Of a stretch of 24,000 nt of DNA, positions 1 through 8,481 are shown piece after piece. The stretch covers positions 1,377,520 to 1,401,519 of the forward strand of contig NZ_CP073748.1 in the NCBI RefSeq assembly GCF_024398035.1. The letters run 5' to 3'. The notes under the pieces are model-generated. The model worked only from the letters and a program-made list of their open reading frames with translations, ran no database searches and was not told the origin of the DNA. Position numbers and translations under genes: made by a program. Source of the stretch: Kordiimonas sp. SCSIO 12603. GTDB lineage: Bacteria > Pseudomonadota > Alphaproteobacteria > Sphingomonadales > Kordiimonadaceae. Within the stretch, counting starts at the first letter, position 1, and each line of letters starts with the position of its first letter.

Positions 1-1215
1 AAGCTTGCAGAAGCGGATGACCGGATTGAAGCAACATATCAGTTCCCGTTCCTTGCTCACGCACCGATGGAAGCACTGAATGCAGTTGCTCATATTCATG
101 ATGGTAAGTGTGAGATTTGGGCGGGCTCTCAGTTCCCGACAATTGAACAAGCAACTGCCGCCGCTATCACCGGTTTGCCGCTTGAGAAAGTGGAAATCCA
201 TACGGTTTATGCGGGCGGCAGCTTTGGTCGCCGCGCTACACCAAACGCTGATTATATCGCCGAAGCAGTGGAGATTGCACACCGCCTTGGAGATAGCACA
301 CCAGTACACCTAGTGTGGTCTCGTGAAGACGATATTCGTGGTGGTCGTTACAGGCCTGTTGCTGTGCATAAAGTATCAGCATCCGTGGGTGCTGACGGTA
401 TGCCAGAAGCGTGGGAACATACGATTGTTACCCAATCGATATTGAAGGGTACACCGTTTGAACCAGTGCTTGTGAAAGATGGCATTGATTCCACATCAGT
501 AGAAGGTGTGGGTGATACGCCGTATCCAATACCAAATCTTGATGTGAGCCTGCATTCGGTTGAATCCAAAGTGCCAGGCCTGTGGTGGCGTTCTGTAGGG
601 CATACGCATACAGGGTATGTGATGGAAACCATGATTGATGCCTGCGCAAAGAAGGCGGGTGTTGATGCGCTTGATTATCGTATCAAGCTGCTGAAAGATC
701 ATAAGCGTCACAGTGATGTGCTGGCGGAACTCAAGGCAAAATCTCGCTGGGGTAAACCGCTTGGGAAAAATAAAGCGCGCGGTGTTGCTGTGCATGAAAG
801 CTTCGGCACTGTTGTTGGGCATGTGGTTGAAATCAGCCGAGATGGTGATGGTTACATCAGCATTGATCATGTCACCAGTGCTGTGGATTGTGGCCTGGCG
901 GTGAACCCGGATGTGATTGAAGCACAGGTGCAGAGCAGTGTTGTTTATGGTCTAAGTGCCGTAATGCAGTTGCAGATCACGCTTGATGAAGGGCTTGTGG
1001 AGCAGGACAACTTCCCAAGTTATGAACCTATGCGTATTTCCCAGATGCCAGAGGTTGAGGTGCATATTGTGAAAAGCAGTGTGCCAACACCGACGGGTAT
1101 TGGTGAACCGGGTGTGCCGCCAATTGGCCCGGCATTTGTAAACGCACTTACTAATCTCACAGGAGAAACCTATACCAAACTTCCGCTTGCGGAGCATGGT
1201 GTGGATTTCGCCTAA
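1..1215 (+). CDS. Xanthine dehydrogenase/aldehyde oxidase family molybdopterin-binding subunit (IorB-like beta subunit); 5' end cut by window edge
   Basis: Frame 1 is open from nt 1 (KLAEADDRIEATYQFPFLAHAPMEALNAV...), so the ORF-track start at 67 is internal. Family-typical motifs are FLAHAPME, GGSFGRR and C-terminal GIGEPGVPPIGPAFVNAL. Stop at 1213-1215 is followed by a hairpin terminator. Confidence 0.85.
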   Translation, partial: KLAEADDRIEATYQFPFLAHAPMEALNAVAHIHDGKCEIWAGSQFPTIEQATAAAITGLPLEKVEIHTVYAGGSFGRRATPNADYIAEAVEIAHRLGDSTPVHLVWSREDDIRGGRYRPVAVHKVSASVGADGMPEAWEHTIVTQSILKGTPFEPVLVKDGIDSTSVEGVGDTPYPIPNLDVSLHSVESKVPGLWWRSVGHTHTGYVMETMIDACAKKAGVDALDYRIKLLKDHKRHSDVLAELKAKSRWGKPLGKNKARGVAVHESFGTVVGHVVEISRDGDGYISIDHVTSAVDCGLAVNPDVIEAQVQSSVVYGLSAVMQLQITLDEGLVEQDNFPSYEPMRISQMPEVEVHIVKSSVPTPTGIGEPGVPPIGPAFVNALTNLTGETYTKLPLAEHGVDFA

Positions 1216-1239
1216 ACTCTCTCATGTAAGTGGGATATC

Positions 1240-1267
1240 AAACGCGGCTTTCGGGCCGCGTTTTTTT
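1240..1267. terminator. Rho-independent terminator between convergent genes (probably bidirectional)
   Basis: Stem cgcggc (1243-1248) pairs with gccgcg (1255-1260), flanked by AAA upstream and a T7 run (1261-1267). It sits between the + strand oxidoreductase and the - strand K+ channel gene. Confidence 0.6.
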
Positions 1268-1739
1268 ATATGATGGGGTCATCCCAGCTTTTGGGGTTAC
1301 TGCTAAAGGACATTTCATGCACAGATTTCGTACGAAGTGCAGTGAGGAATTCAACCTGAAATGCAGTTGACCAACCAAATACAAGGAAACCGTTGGCAGC
1401 GGTAAGGCCAGAAAGCAGGCGCCAGTTATCGGGTAGGATGATATCCCCGAAACCGAGGGTGGTGTATGACACCAGCGCAAAATAAACGGCAGTTTCGAAA
1501 GTATCGAATATATCAAGCCCGATATAGACAAAACTCCACAGAACTACTTCAATCAAATGTGCTGCCATTACCCAGATAACAGAAACTGCAAGTGCGATAG
1601 TCGTCGACCAGAAATGAGGGTTGTTTTGCGCCCAATCTGTCAGCTTTTTATTGCGTTTAAGCGTGATGGATAGAACGCCGGCATGGATGAAGGCAGTTGC
1701 CACAATAACCGCAAGGCCGATTAATATCTGTATCAGCAT
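1266..1739 (-). CDS. Two-TM potassium channel family protein (Ion_trans_2 type)
   Basis: Canonical K+ selectivity filter TTLGFGD (VSYTTLGFGDIILP) lies between hydrophobic helices. ATG at 1739 is preceded by AGGGAAAAG, 11 nt after the stop of the upstream DUF1289 gene, suggesting an operon. Confidence 0.85.
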   Translation of the reverse strand: MLIQILIGLAVIVATAFIHAGVLSITLKRNKKLTDWAQNNPHFWSTTIALAVSVIWVMAAHLIEVVLWSFVYIGLDIFDTFETAVYFALVSYTTLGFGDIILPDNWRLLSGLTAANGFLVFGWSTAFQVEFLTALRTKSVHEMSFSSNPKSWDDPII

Positions 1740-1750
1740 ATCTTTTCCCT

Positions 1751-1972
1751 TCAGGCCTGTTTAGCAGCTTTCCTCGCACGGATTTCAGCAAGAATACGCT
1801 CTGAGCGCTCTGTGGCACTGTCGATAATTTCCTGCTTTTCAGCATTACTTGCCCGTGACCAGCGGCCAATATCATCGCGTGTTCGGAAACATCCCATGCA
1901 GAATTCACGTGCACGGTCCAGTTGGCAAACACCCATGCACGGACTTTTGATTTCTTCAACGGTAGTGTTCAC
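1751..1972 (-). CDS. DUF1289 domain-containing protein (small Cys-rich, YdhL-like)
   Basis: Motif SPCMGVCQLD...CMGCFRTRDDIGRW matches the DUF1289 signature (SPC-GVC-LD / C-GC-RT-EI-W). 73 aa with a basic C-terminal tail. Confidence 0.8.
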   Translation of the reverse strand: MNTTVEEIKSPCMGVCQLDRAREFCMGCFRTRDDIGRWSRASNAEKQEIIDSATERSERILAEIRARKAAKQA

Positions 1973-2194
1973 GCCATACTTTCCCTGGAACGTTTTCTCT
2001 TAAATGCTGTTTAGCAGGATTGGCGCATAAAATCAGCTAGTAACATGAGCGTCACTTTATTGTGTGGAATTTATATCAAATTGTAAGGTTAAGGATTTGA
2101 TAATAAACAGTATATAGAAAACCTATTGGGGCCGGATTGCATCGTGTGGCTTGGCAGCAGTCACGATTGGCAATTTGTATGTTGAGGTAAAAAG

Positions 2195-2905
2195 ATGTCC
2201 GAATTTCTCGGCTTCTCTCTGGCGTTGGATCTGCTTTTCAATGGTCAGAATATGGATTATTGCGAAAGGCCGCTCAGCCTTTCTGCGATGGATAAATTCA
2301 ATATCATTGATGATATCCGTGAAGGTGGCCATGTTGCGGTAATCGCGCCCGGTGGCGGCCGTTTGGTGCGTAACCTTGTTGAGCGCGGTTTCCGTGTGGA
2401 TGCCTTTGAAGGGCGTGAGGAATGCCTTAGCCACCTGAAGGACCGTTTCGCAAACTTTCCTCGGATTGAATTAAGTAACATGACCCGGCTCGAGGATCCG
2501 TTTAAGCGGGAAAAGATGCATTATGATGCGATTTTCTGCATGGATGATCTTCGTTCTTTCCGTGAACGTGCTGGCTGGACAGAACATGTGCACCGTATCA
2601 TGAAGCCTGAAGGGCATTTCATTTATTCGCAGGTATCAAACAAGCTTCCTGCAAAGAAAAATACTTTGGGTAAATATTTTAATCTGGTTGGTAGCCATAA
2701 TGTAACGGAAGATACCTCTAAAGAGATCAGAGATAGTTACTTGAATCTGGATTACTGGCGGCCCACGGAAAAAGATATCAAGATGGCGAAAAGCACACTT
2801 GATATGGTTAAATCTGCTTCAGGCCTGCGCCGAAATATCATGAGTGGTGTGGAAGTTCGTTATGTTGTGTGGCAGAAGAAAAGTCTGACTGAAAGCATTT
2901 CATAA
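2195..2905 (+). CDS. Hypothetical protein, possible class I SAM-dependent methyltransferase fold
   Basis: Glycine-rich motif-I-like segment VAVIAPGGGRLVRNLVERGFRVDAFEG is followed by DAIFCMDDL and MKPEGHFIY (motif II/III-like). RBS GAGGTAAAAAG precedes the ATG. The motif I is divergent, so function is uncertain. Confidence 0.45.
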   Translation: MSEFLGFSLALDLLFNGQNMDYCERPLSLSAMDKFNIIDDIREGGHVAVIAPGGGRLVRNLVERGFRVDAFEGREECLSHLKDRFANFPRIELSNMTRLEDPFKREKMHYDAIFCMDDLRSFRERAGWTEHVHRIMKPEGHFIYSQVSNKLPAKKNTLGKYFNLVGSHNVTEDTSKEIRDSYLNLDYWRPTEKDIKMAKSTLDMVKSASGLRRNIMSGVEVRYVVWQKKSLTESIS

Positions 2906-2994
2906 ACCTTTTTCTATAATTGTTGCTTCATCAAGGGTTAAGTTAGCTGGTATATTATTGGAACCAACAATAGACAGCGGACGGAGTTGGTTAA

Positions 2995-3429
2995 ATGATG
3001 AAAGCACTTGGAACAGCACTGGTTTCCTGCGCGTTGGTGGCCACTGCTGCAGCAGCTTCCGACAAAGGTAGAGATCCAGAAAAGGTAACAAAAGAACTCG
3101 CTAAATATGAGCAAACTGGCGAAACCAAAGCATGTATTAAGGTTTCAAGAATTAGAAACACTAAAGTTCTTGATGATTATACAATTATCTTTAATGGCCG
3201 GAATAAAACCTCTTATTTGGTTAATCTGGAAAACAGGTGTCACGGCTTAGGCTTTGAAGAATCTATCGCTTACACGGTTCGAGCAGGTAGTTTGTGTAGA
3301 AGTGATATCTTTAGTGTTATCAACAGGGGGGGCGGTTTTATTCGTTCAACCTGTGGGTTCGCTTCCTTTGAGGTGATGAAGAAGTTACCAAAAGATCAGC
3401 AGAAAAATCAGCCGGCCCAATCAGAATAG
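2995..3429 (+). CDS. Secreted small protein, DUF6491-like
   Basis: N-terminal signal peptide MMKALGTALVSCALVATAAAA. The spaced-Cys pattern (C-I..SRIRNTKVLDD.TIIF...YLVNL..RC.GL...IAY....GSLCRSD......C) resembles DUF6491 periplasmic proteins. GGAG RBS upstream. Confidence 0.55.
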   Translation: MMKALGTALVSCALVATAAAASDKGRDPEKVTKELAKYEQTGETKACIKVSRIRNTKVLDDYTIIFNGRNKTSYLVNLENRCHGLGFEESIAYTVRAGSLCRSDIFSVINRGGGFIRSTCGFASFEVMKKLPKDQQKNQPAQSE

Positions 3430-3449
3430 GCCGATCGGATACTCTTAAT

Positions 3450-3487
3450 AAAAAAAGCCGGAGCAGCGTTATGCATCCGGCTTTTTT
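3450..3487. terminator. Bidirectional rho-independent terminator
   Basis: A7 run, then stem gccgga (3457-3462) pairing with tccggc (3476-3481), then a T6 run. It lies between the convergent DUF6491-like gene (+) and the autotransporter gene (-). Confidence 0.7.
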
Positions 3488-3507
3488 AGTGAATATCTTT
3501 AGAAGCT

Positions 3508-6500
3508 TTAGAAAGCCAGGCCGAAGTTGAAGCTCACTGAATGTGCGCGCTGTTGATCAAGCTTTTCGTACGCATAGTGAATGCGTGCGGTCGAATCGAT
3601 ACCGAAGATATTGAAGGCACCACCGATTTGTTCCACTGATTTTGCTGTCCGGTCTACTTCCGCTAGGAAGCTGGTGTCGCCGCCTACAAAAATTGCTTCG
3701 AGTGGTTCTGCATCAGCACCTGACAGGTTTTGAGTGTAGGAATAGAAAATCTCAGGCCGTACAATGCGTGTTTCATTTCTTGTTTTCCAATTGAAGTCGT
3801 AGCCGAGAGCCGCGCCAACTGTACCGTCTACCCGTGTGAAAGATGTACTTTCCACTGTTAGGTTTGCGCTATCGCCACCTTCTTCGGTGTAACCACCTTC
3901 TGAATAATTTTGCGCAGCAATACGGCCAAACGGCTTGATGCTTAATTTACCAACAGAAAGATTGTATCCCGCCTCGGCAGTAGCAACAAAGTTCCATCCA
4001 TTTGTGCGGCTTGTTACAAGGCGGTCAACGGTACCAAACTCGATATTCCGTTCACGGCGAATAGCAACATATTGCACCGTTGCCTGACCACCAAGATAGA
4101 AGCCACCAGCGCGTGTAAGGGCATAAACGGATGTAAACGGTGCGAAGGTTGATAGTTCGCTATCAATCGTATCATCTTTACCGGAAAGGCCGTTCAGCGT
4201 GAAGCCAGCGTTTACACCAACCACCAGATTTTTATTCACCGGAGCATCATAACCAAAAGTCAGGCCAACTGTTAAAAGACTGGCATCAAAAGCACTGATT
4301 TGGCTGGTGCGGTCACCGATTGAAGTTACCTCACGTGCCCATCCGCCGCTTGCGAAAGATTTGCCTTCTACATAGTCACCAAGCCGGTTTGATAAGTGGT
4401 TTGCCAACTGGCGTCTTGAAGCCTGTGCAAGGTAGGTAGAACCACCTGTGATATCAGGTAACAGAGCATTCAAAGCCGCTTCGGTTGTTTCCTGAGTTGT
4501 TAGACCAGATAGGCTGGCTTCCAGAACGTTATCCAGGTCAAGGCCACTGGTTACGATGTTGTCGTATAACCCTGTGGCTGCTGAATTGACATTAAGTTCA
4601 GATGCATCTTTGGGGCGTACATTCAGTGTAATTGTGCTGCCATCAGTGCCATCATTTTGTGTAAGTGAAACATCAAACAAGTACGGCGTGTTTGAAAGCG
4701 CAAGAGAAGAACCTGCGTCAGCCAGTGAAATATTGTTCGCTGTAATCAGATCAAAAGACTGCTGAGAATTCGTGAGGCGGGTAATAACTGGCACAATATC
4801 CACATCAGATGATGCAGTGAGTGTATCTGTAATGATCAGCTGGCCGTTTTGACCCGCTTCAGGGTTTACAATAAAGCGTAGTTCCGCATCGCCAGAAAAA
4901 TCAGCATTGGTGAAGTTCAATTGGCTAACGGAAGCAATTTCAATATCTGCATCATTCACTGAAAGGTCAAGTGTACCTTCAAAGCTTGAAGAGCCGCTGA
5001 AAACAGCTTCGTTGCGAATATTAAGCTGGTTGTTACCAAGCCCAAAGGAAAGGTCGCCTTCCAGTGTTCCGCCCTGAAGCGTAACGGTGTCATCACCGTC
5101 GCCCATTAGAACATCACCTACAAAAGTACCAGAGTTTGTAAGGTTGAAGCCGCTGGTGTTTGCTCGTACATCAAGGGCAATCGTATCACCACCGCCATTA
5201 CTGTCTGTGGCGATCAGGAAATTGCCTGTGTTTGTGAAGGTTGTAAGAGTGCCAGAGAGGTCCCGAATACCGTATGCGTTTTGACCTTCACCCAAGGAAT
5301 TTACCTGAATTGTATTGTTGTTGGTAAATTCAGAAAGTGAACCATCTTCACGGATCAGAATAGCTGTTGCCACACCACCGGGGCCGCGTGTTTGTGTACC
5401 ATCACTGTTATTGGTGATGAGAGCGTTGGTGCCGATGTTGATGATGCCCTGATTAAGGAACGTTGGTACGGTTACATTATTGCCAATAATTACACCCGTG
5501 GAATTATTATCCTGGGCAATAAGAGAAATGGAACCTGTATCAAACCAGATGCCACCTTCAAAGGTAACCGGGGCATCAGCTGTACCCTTGAATTCTACGC
5601 CTGTTGATTCAAGGCCATTGGAACCGCCGAGTGTTTCAATACGGCCTTTATGTACCCAGCTAAAGCCTGTGTCGCCAACTTCACCAAGTACAATATCATT
5701 GCCGCTTTCAGTAGAATCTACCAGAAAAGCAGGAGCCCCGCCTGTTGAGATAATAACGGAATCTGTTGCCACATCCGGATTGCCGTCATCATCCACATCA
5801 TTGTTTTGGCCTACGCCTTCAAACAAAACACCGCCAGTGATGCTATCTTCGATAAGAACCACGGCCTTCGCAGGTTCGGCTGCATTATCCGAAGTTGCAA
5901 CATCACCTGCTGTAAGGTTGCCTGCAATAGTGAATGAACCGTCAATGCGGTCACCTACACGAACAGCAACAGCGCCTTCATCATCAGTGTTCACGCTGCC
6001 ATCAATGGTTACATTGCCTGTTACCGGGCCATTAATATCAATACCAATGGTGTTAACGCCGATAACGTTGATATCACCATCGTAATTGATGTTGCCTTCA
6101 AAAGCGGTATCAATCGCAAAACCGCGGCCACCGCTGCCGTGTACATCGAACACGGCAGTATCTTCTATAGTAATATCACCTGCGTACCCTTGGTCGCCAT
6201 CAATAAGCAGGCCTACAACAGTTGTGTTGTTGGATTCGTTAAAATCACCAGCAGCCTGTACAGCTACAGAAACAGAACCAGCAAGAGTTAGGTCAGCCTG
6301 AATACGTTGATTGGAGGTATCAACAAGAAGGCCGCGCCCTGCCGCAATATCATTTGATGTAATGGTGCTGGAACTTTGGAGCGCAATATTATGGTTACCA
6401 TCCACGATAATCGCTGTCCCGTTTCCAACAGTCACCGATCCATCGGCGGTTACAGTAAGCGTGCCGTTATTGCCAATATTGAAACCACTTGTTCTTAGTG

Positions 6501-6615
6501 TTGTGGTGCGGGCTTCTCCCAATGTCGCATCCTGTGCGAAAGCTGGTGCTGATGCCAGAACGGCAAAAAGAGCAAGGGCTGAAACCTGTTGGCGGCGTGC
6601 AATACTACGAACCAC
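3508..6615 (-). CDS. Autotransporter outer-membrane protein (repetitive beta-helical passenger plus C-terminal beta-barrel)
   Basis: The C-terminal ~280 aa show alternating beta-strand pattern ending in the ...SVSFNFGLAF terminal-aromatic signature. The passenger is full of G/N/T/D-rich imperfect repeats (GNVTIDGSVNT..., GTLxxxxN). Sec signal is RRQQVSALALFAVLASAPAFAQDA. The ORF-track start at 6729 is a TTG without RBS; I prefer GTG at 6613-6615, preceded by AAGGA with a 7-nt spacer. Confidence 0.85.
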   Translation of the reverse strand: MVRSIARRQQVSALALFAVLASAPAFAQDATLGEARTTTLRTSGFNIGNNGTLTVTADGSVTVGNGTAIIVDGNHNIALQSSSTITSNDIAAGRGLLVDTSNQRIQADLTLAGSVSVAVQAAGDFNESNNTTVVGLLIDGDQGYAGDITIEDTAVFDVHGSGGRGFAIDTAFEGNINYDGDINVIGVNTIGIDINGPVTGNVTIDGSVNTDDEGAVAVRVGDRIDGSFTIAGNLTAGDVATSDNAAEPAKAVVLIEDSITGGVLFEGVGQNNDVDDDGNPDVATDSVIISTGGAPAFLVDSTESGNDIVLGEVGDTGFSWVHKGRIETLGGSNGLESTGVEFKGTADAPVTFEGGIWFDTGSISLIAQDNNSTGVIIGNNVTVPTFLNQGIINIGTNALITNNSDGTQTRGPGGVATAILIREDGSLSEFTNNNTIQVNSLGEGQNAYGIRDLSGTLTTFTNTGNFLIATDSNGGGDTIALDVRANTSGFNLTNSGTFVGDVLMGDGDDTVTLQGGTLEGDLSFGLGNNQLNIRNEAVFSGSSSFEGTLDLSVNDADIEIASVSQLNFTNADFSGDAELRFIVNPEAGQNGQLIITDTLTASSDVDIVPVITRLTNSQQSFDLITANNISLADAGSSLALSNTPYLFDVSLTQNDGTDGSTITLNVRPKDASELNVNSAATGLYDNIVTSGLDLDNVLEASLSGLTTQETTEAALNALLPDITGGSTYLAQASRRQLANHLSNRLGDYVEGKSFASGGWAREVTSIGDRTSQISAFDASLLTVGLTFGYDAPVNKNLVVGVNAGFTLNGLSGKDDTIDSELSTFAPFTSVYALTRAGGFYLGGQATVQYVAIRRERNIEFGTVDRLVTSRTNGWNFVATAEAGYNLSVGKLSIKPFGRIAAQNYSEGGYTEEGGDSANLTVESTSFTRVDGTVGAALGYDFNWKTRNETRIVRPEIFYSYTQNLSGADAEPLEAIFVGGDTSFLAEVDRTAKSVEQIGGAFNIFGIDSTARIHYAYEKLDQQRAHSVSFNFGLAF

Positions 6616-6909
6616 GTGTGCGTCCTTTATAATTCTTTGTCTGCTGTCTGATACGTGCCAGACCGCAGTTTCCTCCGAGTGCTGTATAGTGCTTTTGCAA
6701 GCTGAATGTTTGCTGAACAACCCCACCAAATACAGCCAGCCTATAATTCAGTTGAAAAATAGGGCAGATATAAGGCGTTGGTAACAGAAAAACCGCTTAG
6801 GGCAAAGCGCTATTCAGTGCCAGTGCAGATGTTTTCTGCCACTAGCATAAATAAGCCACACCCATGCTTAAGTTTATTCCCTGATTAGAGAAAATTTTAG
6901 ACTTTGGTT

Positions 6910-7620
6910 CTACAGTTCCCGAACCAGTTTTACGGCGCGGGATGTGAACTCGCGGCGGGTCAGTACAAACACCACAGCAAGCGTTGCGCTCATGAAAACA
7001 AGGGGGCCAACAAACCATGTAAGCCCCGCAAGCGCGAAGAAATAGGCCCTGATGCCCCGGTTGAAATGGTGCCCGGATGCAGAAGAAAGTTTGGCAGCCA
7101 CTGAGGCACGTTTCATACGCGCGGCTTTATCTTCATCATAACGGCTGTCGCTCATGCCGCCGATCACAATGGCACAGTAATTGGCAATGCGGAATGCCCA
7201 TGCAAACTTGAAGAAAGCATAAATGAAAATCCCTACCAGCAGGCCAACCCGCACCACGAAACCATCTGCGGTTAAGGGTTTCGCCAGTGGAATATGGGCA
7301 AAAGCTACTGCCAGCTGTTCGCTATAGCCCATCGCCGCAATAAGCCCACCCAGCACAAGGATAGTGGAGGACGCAAAAAAGCTGATACCGGTAACAAGAA
7401 TTTTAAGAACGCCCGTATCAATCATCCGCATCTCGCGGTTCGCGGCTTCTGTTAACCAGCGAAGTCGCTGCCCATCCATAAGGTGGGAAATTGCTCGGGT
7501 TTTATATTTGCTATGGTCTGCAAGGAATGTGTAAAGCGCCCAGAGAAGCAGGAAAAACAACAGCGCCATCATATCCATATCGCTGAAGTTCAGGCTTTCA
7601 GTGAATGTGGTGAATGTCAT
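6910..7620 (-). CDS. DUF599 family integral membrane protein
   Basis: Multi-TM profile and the segment RLRWLTEAANREMRMIDTGVLKILVTGISFFASSTILVLGG resemble DUF599 proteins. ATG is preceded by GAGAGGGGAAG. Confidence 0.6.
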   Translation of the reverse strand: MTFTTFTESLNFSDMDMMALLFFLLLWALYTFLADHSKYKTRAISHLMDGQRLRWLTEAANREMRMIDTGVLKILVTGISFFASSTILVLGGLIAAMGYSEQLAVAFAHIPLAKPLTADGFVVRVGLLVGIFIYAFFKFAWAFRIANYCAIVIGGMSDSRYDEDKAARMKRASVAAKLSSASGHHFNRGIRAYFFALAGLTWFVGPLVFMSATLAVVFVLTRREFTSRAVKLVREL

Positions 7621-7699
7621 ACTGATCTTCCCCTCTCGGCTTGGTTCCCTCTAGCTCAATACCCATAAAACATGCTGTTGGCCGTTTCTGCAACGTATT

Positions 7700-7951
7700 G
7701 TTTTTATGCGTGAAAACCACTGGTCTATTTTTGCATTGGGCCTTTGCAATAATCGTCACTTCCAGTCTGAAGATCCATCCCCATCTCTTGAACGTAGAGA
7801 TATGAATTCTTCGGGAAATAAGCCCCCAGCATTCCCAACCTGTGCCTCGCCCTACACAAAGCGCAGGTTTCCTCACCTCAGCTATCATTCCCGTAAGCTG
7901 ATGGTCTAAGCCCGCAACAGTCCCCTGATTTACTGTTGCGGGCTTTTTTTT
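7700..7951 (+). ncRNA. Candidate small RNA or structured leader ending in a strong intrinsic terminator (5' end undefined)
   Basis: No plausible CDS on either strand. Local hairpins are atctct/agagat (7783-7788 with 7796-7801), cctgtgc/gcgcagg (7839-7845 with 7861-7867) and tcagct/agctga (7878-7883 with 7896-7901). C-rich unpaired tracts include CCTCACCTC at 7871-7879. The stretch ends in an 11-bp GC-rich stem plus T8. Confidence 0.3.
7910..7951 (+). terminator. Strong rho-independent terminator with no upstream + strand CDS
   Basis: Stem gcccgcaacag (7910-7920) pairs perfectly with ctgttgcgggc (7933-7943), with a 12-nt loop and a T8 run (7944-7951). Confidence 0.8.
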
Positions 7952-8024
7952 ATTAAGAGGTTCACTTTTGGGGTGTGTCTCCCATATAGTGAAATAAGAA
8001 TGGTTCGCAAAAGGAAGATAGCTT

Positions 8025-8405
8025 GTGCGCTATATTTGGATGGCATGTGGGTGGATAGCATTTGTGCTGGGGGTGATTGGTGCCTTCCTGCCACTTTTAC
8101 CAACGGTACCCTTTCTTTTGCTGGCAGCTTTTTGTTTCTCACGCGGCTCGGATAAACTTCATAACTGGCTGTTGAACCACGAAAAATTCGGTCCGCCTAT
8201 CGCCGAGTGGCGCAAACACGGCGCCATTGCCACGCGCGTGAAATTTATGGCCATGGGCTTTATTCTTTTCTCAATCGGATTGAGCTTTCTCTATGATGTA
8301 CCCACACGCGGTTTCATCATCCAGATCGTGGTACTGTCCTGCGTTTCCCTCTTCATCCTAACCCGTCCTGCGCCCCCTAAAGAGGCCACTGAAGAGGGCG
8401 AGTGA
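8025..8405 (+). CDS. ybaN: YbaN family inner-membrane protein (DUF454)
   Basis: Signature GAFLPLLPTVPFLLLAAFCFSRGSDKLHNWLLNHEKFGPPIAEWRKHGAI is typical of DUF454/YbaN. GTG start at 8025 is preceded by AAGGAAG at 7-8 nt. Confidence 0.85.
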   Translation: MRYIWMACGWIAFVLGVIGAFLPLLPTVPFLLLAAFCFSRGSDKLHNWLLNHEKFGPPIAEWRKHGAIATRVKFMAMGFILFSIGLSFLYDVPTRGFIIQIVVLSCVSLFILTRPAPPKEATEEGE

Positions 8406-8420
8406 ATTTGCTCTTAATAA

Positions 8421-8448
8421 TTGAAAAATAGTCTTTAATGTATATCTT
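8421..8448 (+). promoter_or_regulatory. Candidate sigma70-type promoter for the KAP NTPase gene
   Basis: TTGAAA (8421-8426), 16 nt spacer, TATCTT (8443-8448), about 35 nt upstream of the GGTGGGGG RBS. Pattern match only. Confidence 0.3.
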
Positions 8449-8481
8449 GAGCACCTTGCTGGAATAAAGCGTAGGTGGGGG

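Noticed and set aside
6727-6729. ORF-track start (TTG at 6729) giving the autotransporter a 38-aa N-terminal extension, possibly an extended signal peptide region
   Set aside because: There is no RBS, and the extension (MVGLFSKHSACKSTIQHSEETAVWHV...) lacks the conserved extended-signal-peptide motif. GTG 6615 with an AAGGA RBS gives a normal Sec signal.
5480-6784. Long + strand ORFs (5480-6085, 201 aa; 6086-6301; 6311-6784, 157 aa) antisense to the autotransporter gene
   Set aside because: Their products are low-complexity P/S/T/V-rich sequences, mirror images of the Gly/Asn/Thr-rich repeat codons of the passenger domain. They have no RBS or recognisable motifs. Such antisense ORFs are a typical artefact of repetitive, codon-biased genes.
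6843-6872. Imperfect hairpin (cagtgcag...ctgccact) downstream of the DUF599 gene as a terminator
   Set aside because: The stem needs a bulge and is not followed by a T-run on the - strand, so support is insufficient to call a terminator.
7706-7909. 67-aa ORF (and the antisense 96-aa ORF 7598-7888) in the DUF599-ybaN intergenic region
   Set aside because: There is no RBS, the composition is odd (Cys/His/Pro/Arg-rich with no hydrophobic core), and no motif is recognisable. A non-coding RNA ending at the 7910-7951 terminator explains the region better.
7700-7951. Identity of the candidate RNA as 6S, SRP/4.5S, tmRNA or RNase P RNA
   Set aside because: I looked for the SRP GGAAGCAGCC-type motif, the RNase P GAGGAAAGTCC motif, tmRNA tRNA-like ends and a 6S-like end-to-end closing stem with central bubble. 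None is present, and only a weak 8-bp long-range pairing (7770-7779 with 7900-7907) was found.
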